In this document: positions 60,112 through 64,000 of the stretch, piece after piece
Layout: each line of letters begins with the position of its first letter
How positions within the stretch are numbered: the first letter of the stretch is position 1
DNA from: an uncultured Verrucomicrobiae bacterium
Lineage (GTDB): Bacteria > Verrucomicrobiota > Verrucomicrobiia > Chthoniobacterales > Chthoniobacteraceae
Reading direction: 5' to 3'
DNA length: 64,000 bases
NCBI GenBank assembly: GCA_963769025.1
Contig: CAVYKI010000012.1
Coordinates: forward strand, 96,001-160,000
Position numbers and translations under genes: made by a program
Notes under the pieces: generated by a model
What the model saw: only the letters and a program-made list of their open reading frames with translations
What the model was told of the DNA's origin: nothing
Database searches by the model: none

Positions 60112-60837
60112 ATGAGCATTCATTCCGCAGCGGGCGCGGCCTGCGGGAATGAGGAAATCTTCACCAATCCCAGACTCGTTATGAAGGCGGCCTCTGTTTC
60201 GGAATCGCTCTGTTCACGGACCCGTGTCGTGGTGGTGGATGACCACGCTTCGCTGCGGGAGATGCTGGTGATGATCCTGAAGCTCGAAGGCTGCTACGAG
60301 GTGGTGGGTGAGGCGTCGGGCGGCATGGAGGCGATGAAGGTGTGCCGGGCCACGCAGCCGGAATTGGTGATTCTCGATCTCGCGCTGCCGGAATTGAGCG
60401 GTTCGCATTTGATCCGCCTGCTCCTGCACGAATCCTGGCCGGTCCGGGTGGTGGTGTACAGCGGCGCGATGGACGAATCACTGCTGCGCGAGGCGTTGGC
60501 GGAAGGGCCGCACGGGTTCGTGCGCAAGGAGGATTCGCTGCCGGAACTGCGCACCGCGTTGAAGGCGGTGGTTTCCGGTTCGCGGCACGTTTCGAGGTGC
60601 TCGGAGCACCTGGTGCCGAGACGCGGCGGGGATGAAATCCAACTGCTCACGACCCAGGAATGCGCGGTGCTGCAGATGATCGCGGAGGGCAGGCACACGA
60701 AGGAAATCGCAAAGGCCCTCGGGACGTCGGACAAGACCGTGGAGCACCACCGGCAGAATGTGATGAAAAAGCTGAGGCTGCATGATGTCGCCGGGATTAC
60801 GCGATATGCGATCCGGCACCGGATGGTGCAGGCGTAA
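60112..60837 (+). CDS. NarL/FixJ-family response regulator (REC + LuxR HTH; alternative start 60181)
   Basis: VVVDDH, LVILDLALP, GFVRK and LTTQECAVLQMIAEG...KTVEHHRQNVMKKL. Confidence 0.92.
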   Translation: MSIHSAAGAACGNEEIFTNPRLVMKAASVSESLCSRTRVVVVDDHASLREMLVMILKLEGCYEVVGEASGGMEAMKVCRATQPELVILDLALPELSGSHLIRLLLHESWPVRVVVYSGAMDESLLREALAEGPHGFVRKEDSLPELRTALKAVVSGSRHVSRCSEHLVPRRGGDEIQLLTTQECAVLQMIAEGRHTKEIAKALGTSDKTVEHHRQNVMKKLRLHDVAGITRYAIRHRMVQA

Positions 60838-60893
60838 GGGCTCGAAGCGGAGTGGACGGGTGCGGCCGGGTGGGCGAGGCTGCGCGGGTGCAA

Positions 60894-61586
60894 ATGACGG
60901 ATACCGAGAAGGCCCTGCGGGCGCATTTGCGTTCGCACAATCACAGCGTGTTCGCGGCGTCGGGCATTGCGCTGGTCTTTTCCGCCATCGGCTGGGCGGT
61001 GCTCTACGGGGCCTCGTTTTGGCTGACGATATTCTGGCTGACGATCATGAACCAGGGCGAGGTCGTGATGCCTGCGGCGTTCAATGTGGTGTTCTTCGGC
61101 ACCGCAGCGGTGCTCATGCTGGCGGCGCGGGTGGACCAATACTTTTTCCCGAGCGAGCGCGCGGTCGATGAACGTCCGCCCGTGGAGCATCTCGCGGATC
61201 TGTTGTTCTTCGTGCCGAGGTTCACGATGTCGTGCTGGCAGAATCTCGGCGCGCTCGCATGGCTCTCGCGCGACGAGCTGCCGCACGCGGCGCGGCTGAT
61301 GGATGCGCTGAGATTCGACGGGCGCGTGTCGATCCAGGAATTGCCCGCGATGTTTCCGGATGTGCGGAGAACGGAGCGGACGCTCGATGCGTTACTCGTC
61401 GCGGGGCTGATCGATCAACGCAGGGAGAAAAACCTCACCTGGCTCCATCTCGGCGCGCTCGCACCGGATGTCTTCCGCGGCGGGCCGGCGAATCTGGCCG
61501 CGCCGGACGATCCGCTCGCAGGAGTCCCGCATGCAAAAATCCGACCCCGCGCGCAATTGCCACCGTCGGCGATGGACGGCGAGTAA
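60894..61586 (+). CDS. Hypothetical membrane protein
   Basis: Two to three hydrophobic helices; co-oriented with the regulator. Confidence 0.6.
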   Translation: MTDTEKALRAHLRSHNHSVFAASGIALVFSAIGWAVLYGASFWLTIFWLTIMNQGEVVMPAAFNVVFFGTAAVLMLAARVDQYFFPSERAVDERPPVEHLADLLFFVPRFTMSCWQNLGALAWLSRDELPHAARLMDALRFDGRVSIQELPAMFPDVRRTERTLDALLVAGLIDQRREKNLTWLHLGALAPDVFRGGPANLAAPDDPLAGVPHAKIRPRAQLPPSAMDGE

Positions 61587-61601
61587 GACCGGCGCGCTCC
61601 G

Positions 61602-62021
61602 CTAGTTTCCGATCACGGAAACGCTGAGTTCCCGCCGGTGCGCCGCGGCGCGGTGCTCGAAAACGAAGATGCCCTGCCACGTGCCGAGCGTCATGCGTCC
61701 ATCGGCGATGGGGATGGTTTCGCTCGTGCGCGTGAGCACCATGCGGATGTGCGAAGGCATGTCGTCCGGCCCCTCGGCGGTGTGGATGAAGTAGTCGCTG
61801 TCCTCCGGCACGAGGCGCTCGAAGAACTCGTGCAGGTCGGTGCGCGCGGAGGGATCCGCATTTTCGTAAATGATGAGCGACGCGCTCGTGTGCTGGATGA
61901 AGACCGTGGCGGTGCCGGTGGTGACGCCGCTGGCGCGGACAATGCGGGCCACTTCACCCGTGACTTCATAGGTTCCCTTCCCCTTTGTCGAAACGGAGAA
62001 GGTGGCGGTGTGGGCTTTCAT
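61602..62021 (-). CDS. yjbQ: YjbQ/UPF0047 secondary thiamine-phosphate synthase family
   Basis: QHTSASL, ENADP, EGPDDMPSHI and LGTWQGIFVFEHR. Confidence 0.92.
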   Translation of the reverse strand: MKAHTATFSVSTKGKGTYEVTGEVARIVRASGVTTGTATVFIQHTSASLIIYENADPSARTDLHEFFERLVPEDSDYFIHTAEGPDDMPSHIRMVLTRTSETIPIADGRMTLGTWQGIFVFEHRAAAHRRELSVSVIGN

Positions 62022-62063
62022 CGGAGACTGTGGACAAAACTCGGGGCGGCTCCCCCAGTCAAC

Positions 62064-62375
62064 GCAGGGTACCAGGCGAGGGGCCATGAGGTTCAAGTCC
62101 TTCAAACGAAACTCCAGTCACCCGCTCACCCGCAAGCCAGCCCTGTAAAGCAAGTGCGTCACCAGACAGTTTGGGTAGCCGCCTTGGTCCACGGCGGCGG
62201 ACAAAATCCGCGTCTGCGTCACGCTCCGGCTACCAACATGTTCCTTGTGTCGCGCCCGCGCTGCGGCAAGATCACCCAATGGTTACCCCAGCACCGATTG
62301 GCCGAAAAATCCGGGTGCATTCAGCGCCTGATTCTTGGTGCTGGCCGGAACGCGCCGCCGGGGTTCATGGGACAA
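62064..62375 (-). pseudogene. intI: Decayed integron-integrase-like tyrosine recombinase fragment
   Basis: Hand translation: LSHEPRRRVPASTKNQALNAPGFFGQSVLG*PLGDLAAARAR...GGYPNCLVTHLLYRAGLRVSG*LEFRLKDLNL. Stops at 62283-62285 and 62118-62120. Confidence 0.75.
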
Positions 62376-62544
62376 TCATTCTTAAACGAGACGCGGAACT
62401 TCAGAAGGCTCGCGAGGTGGTGAAGGAGATCATCGGGTGAAACCGAAAATGAAATTCACCACCCATACTGCCGCCCGCGTCATCCCCGAAAACTCGTGGG
62501 TCGCGCCAAAGGGCTGCGCCGGCTATGTATTGTTCTCAGACCTC

Positions 62545-64000
62545 ATGACCCGTTTCGTTTTCCGCCTCTCAGCCATCCTCGTCGCCAGCCTCGGCCTGGC
62601 CGGTGCCGTCCGCGCAGCCGAGCCGTTTGAGGCCTTCCTGGAGAAGCACTGCATCCGCTGTCATGGCCCCAAGAAGGAGAAGGGCGACTTGCGGATCGAC
62701 CGGCTCTCGCGCGATTTCAAGTTGGGCGCGGATACGCATCACTGGGCGGAGGTGATCGAGCAGGTCAACTCCGGCGAGATGCCTCCGAAGAAGGAGAAGC
62801 AGCCGACGCAGGAGGAGATCGCGGCGTTCGTCACGAGTCTCGACTCGCGGCTCAAGGAGGGCCGGGCGGCGCGGATGGCGGCGCGGCCGGCGGTGTCGCA
62901 TTATCGGCTGAGCCGGAAGGAGTATCAGAACACGGTCTATGACCTGCTCGGCGTGCGCTACGATCCGGCCAAGCCGGGGGAGCTGAACGAAGACACGCTG
63001 TGGCACGGTTTCGAGCGCATCGGGTCGGAGCTGTCGCTCTCGCCGTCGCATGTCGATCGCTATTACCGCGCGGCGGAGACTCGTGCTCGACCGCGCCTTT
63101 CCCGCCGCGTCCGGCGAGGCTCGCAAAGTCCGCAAGACCGCGGCCGAGCTGCGTTACGGCGGCGGGAAGACCAGCAGGAGGCGCTGGACCGCTTCGGCAT
63201 CAAGCGGCCGCTGCGTTATCTCCTCTTTCCCGGCACCGTCCAGAACGCGCTCTCACCCAACTGGTTCGGAAAGACGGGGCCGGAGCACAGCGGGCTCTAC
63301 AAAGTCCGCATCCAGGCCAGCGGAATCCGCCCGCCCGGCGGCCAGCCCGCGCACTTGAGCATCGGCAAGCGGACCGGCGAGGAGACGGTGGATGGCCTCA
63401 TCGAGTTCGACCTCACGGCACCGGAGGACAAGTCCGCAGGTTTATGAGTTCGAGGTGTTTCTCGAGATGCCCGCGACGCTGGACTTCTGCGTGGTGGCCA
63501 CCGATGTGGTGGACCGAAGGAGCGGCGCGGCCTTCCGCAATGCGCTCGGCAGCCGGGGCGGATATATTTTCACGCACAGCAGCGAGACCCTGCTCCTGAA
63601 CCCGAACGCCCCGCAGATGTTCGATGACAAGGGGAACGGCCTCTTCTCGACGGTGCTCCTCGATTGGATCGAATGGGAAGGACCGCTGGAGACGGACGCG
63701 GAAAAGTCCCGGCGCACGGGTCTGGTGCCGCCCGATGACGCGACGCCCGAGGTGGTCGCGGAGCATCTGCAACGCTTCGCCGAACGCGCCTGGCGGCGGC
63801 CGGTCAAGCAGGAGGAGTTGGCGGACTATCTGAAATCCTACCGCGCCGAACGCGAGGCGGGCGAAAAGACGGCCGACGCCTATCGCGTGGCGATGCAGGG
63901 CGTGCTGACCTCCCGGCACTTCCTCTACCTCGTCGAGGGCGACCCGGTGGCCCGCGAACGTCTCACCGACTGGGAACTCGCCTCGCGGCTCTCGTATTTT
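62545..64000 (+). CDS. Planctomycete cytochrome c / DUF1587-DUF1595-DUF1592 family protein (runs off window; indels near 63080, 63170, 63440)
   Basis: [46 protein letters not shown] and ELASRLSYF. Confidence 0.85.

Overview
High-GC bacterial chromosomal window, most consistent with Verrucomicrobiota (inferred from DUF1592/cytochrome-c proteins, DUF1080, ThuA, an SHD1-like tail and a Dop depupylase). No rRNA, tRNA, CRISPR array or intact mobile element was seen. Ordinary genes include comM, a hybrid histidine kinase, an MFS/SDR/CoA-transferase/thiolase cluster, a TolC-MFP-MacB efflux set, a wza/wzc export set, a GH10 xylanase, purB and yjbQ. Scattered 1-bp frameshifts, including two in purB, point to sequencing indels. 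The most promising candidates are these. (1) A co-oriented minus-strand locus at 51.4-59.7 kb encodes two lower-GC orphans, a metacaspase, a lysozyme-like/L,D-transpeptidase-like fusion, a lipase-macro-CHAT protease fusion and an EEP nuclease whose start overlaps the upstream stop. Arg-Gly/Arg-Ser motifs sit in the inter-domain linkers, suggesting a protease-triggered multi-effector conflict or cell-death system. (2) A ~10.4 kb island is bounded by a diverged duplicate of the purB 5' end. Inside it, an amino-sugar/GT2/GT-C glycosylation cassette lies between two near-identical Thr-rich autotransporter genes. (3) An orphan dop gene, a pseudokinase upstream of the wza/wzc genes, a small secreted Cys/His triple-repeat protein, and a decayed integron-integrase fragment.
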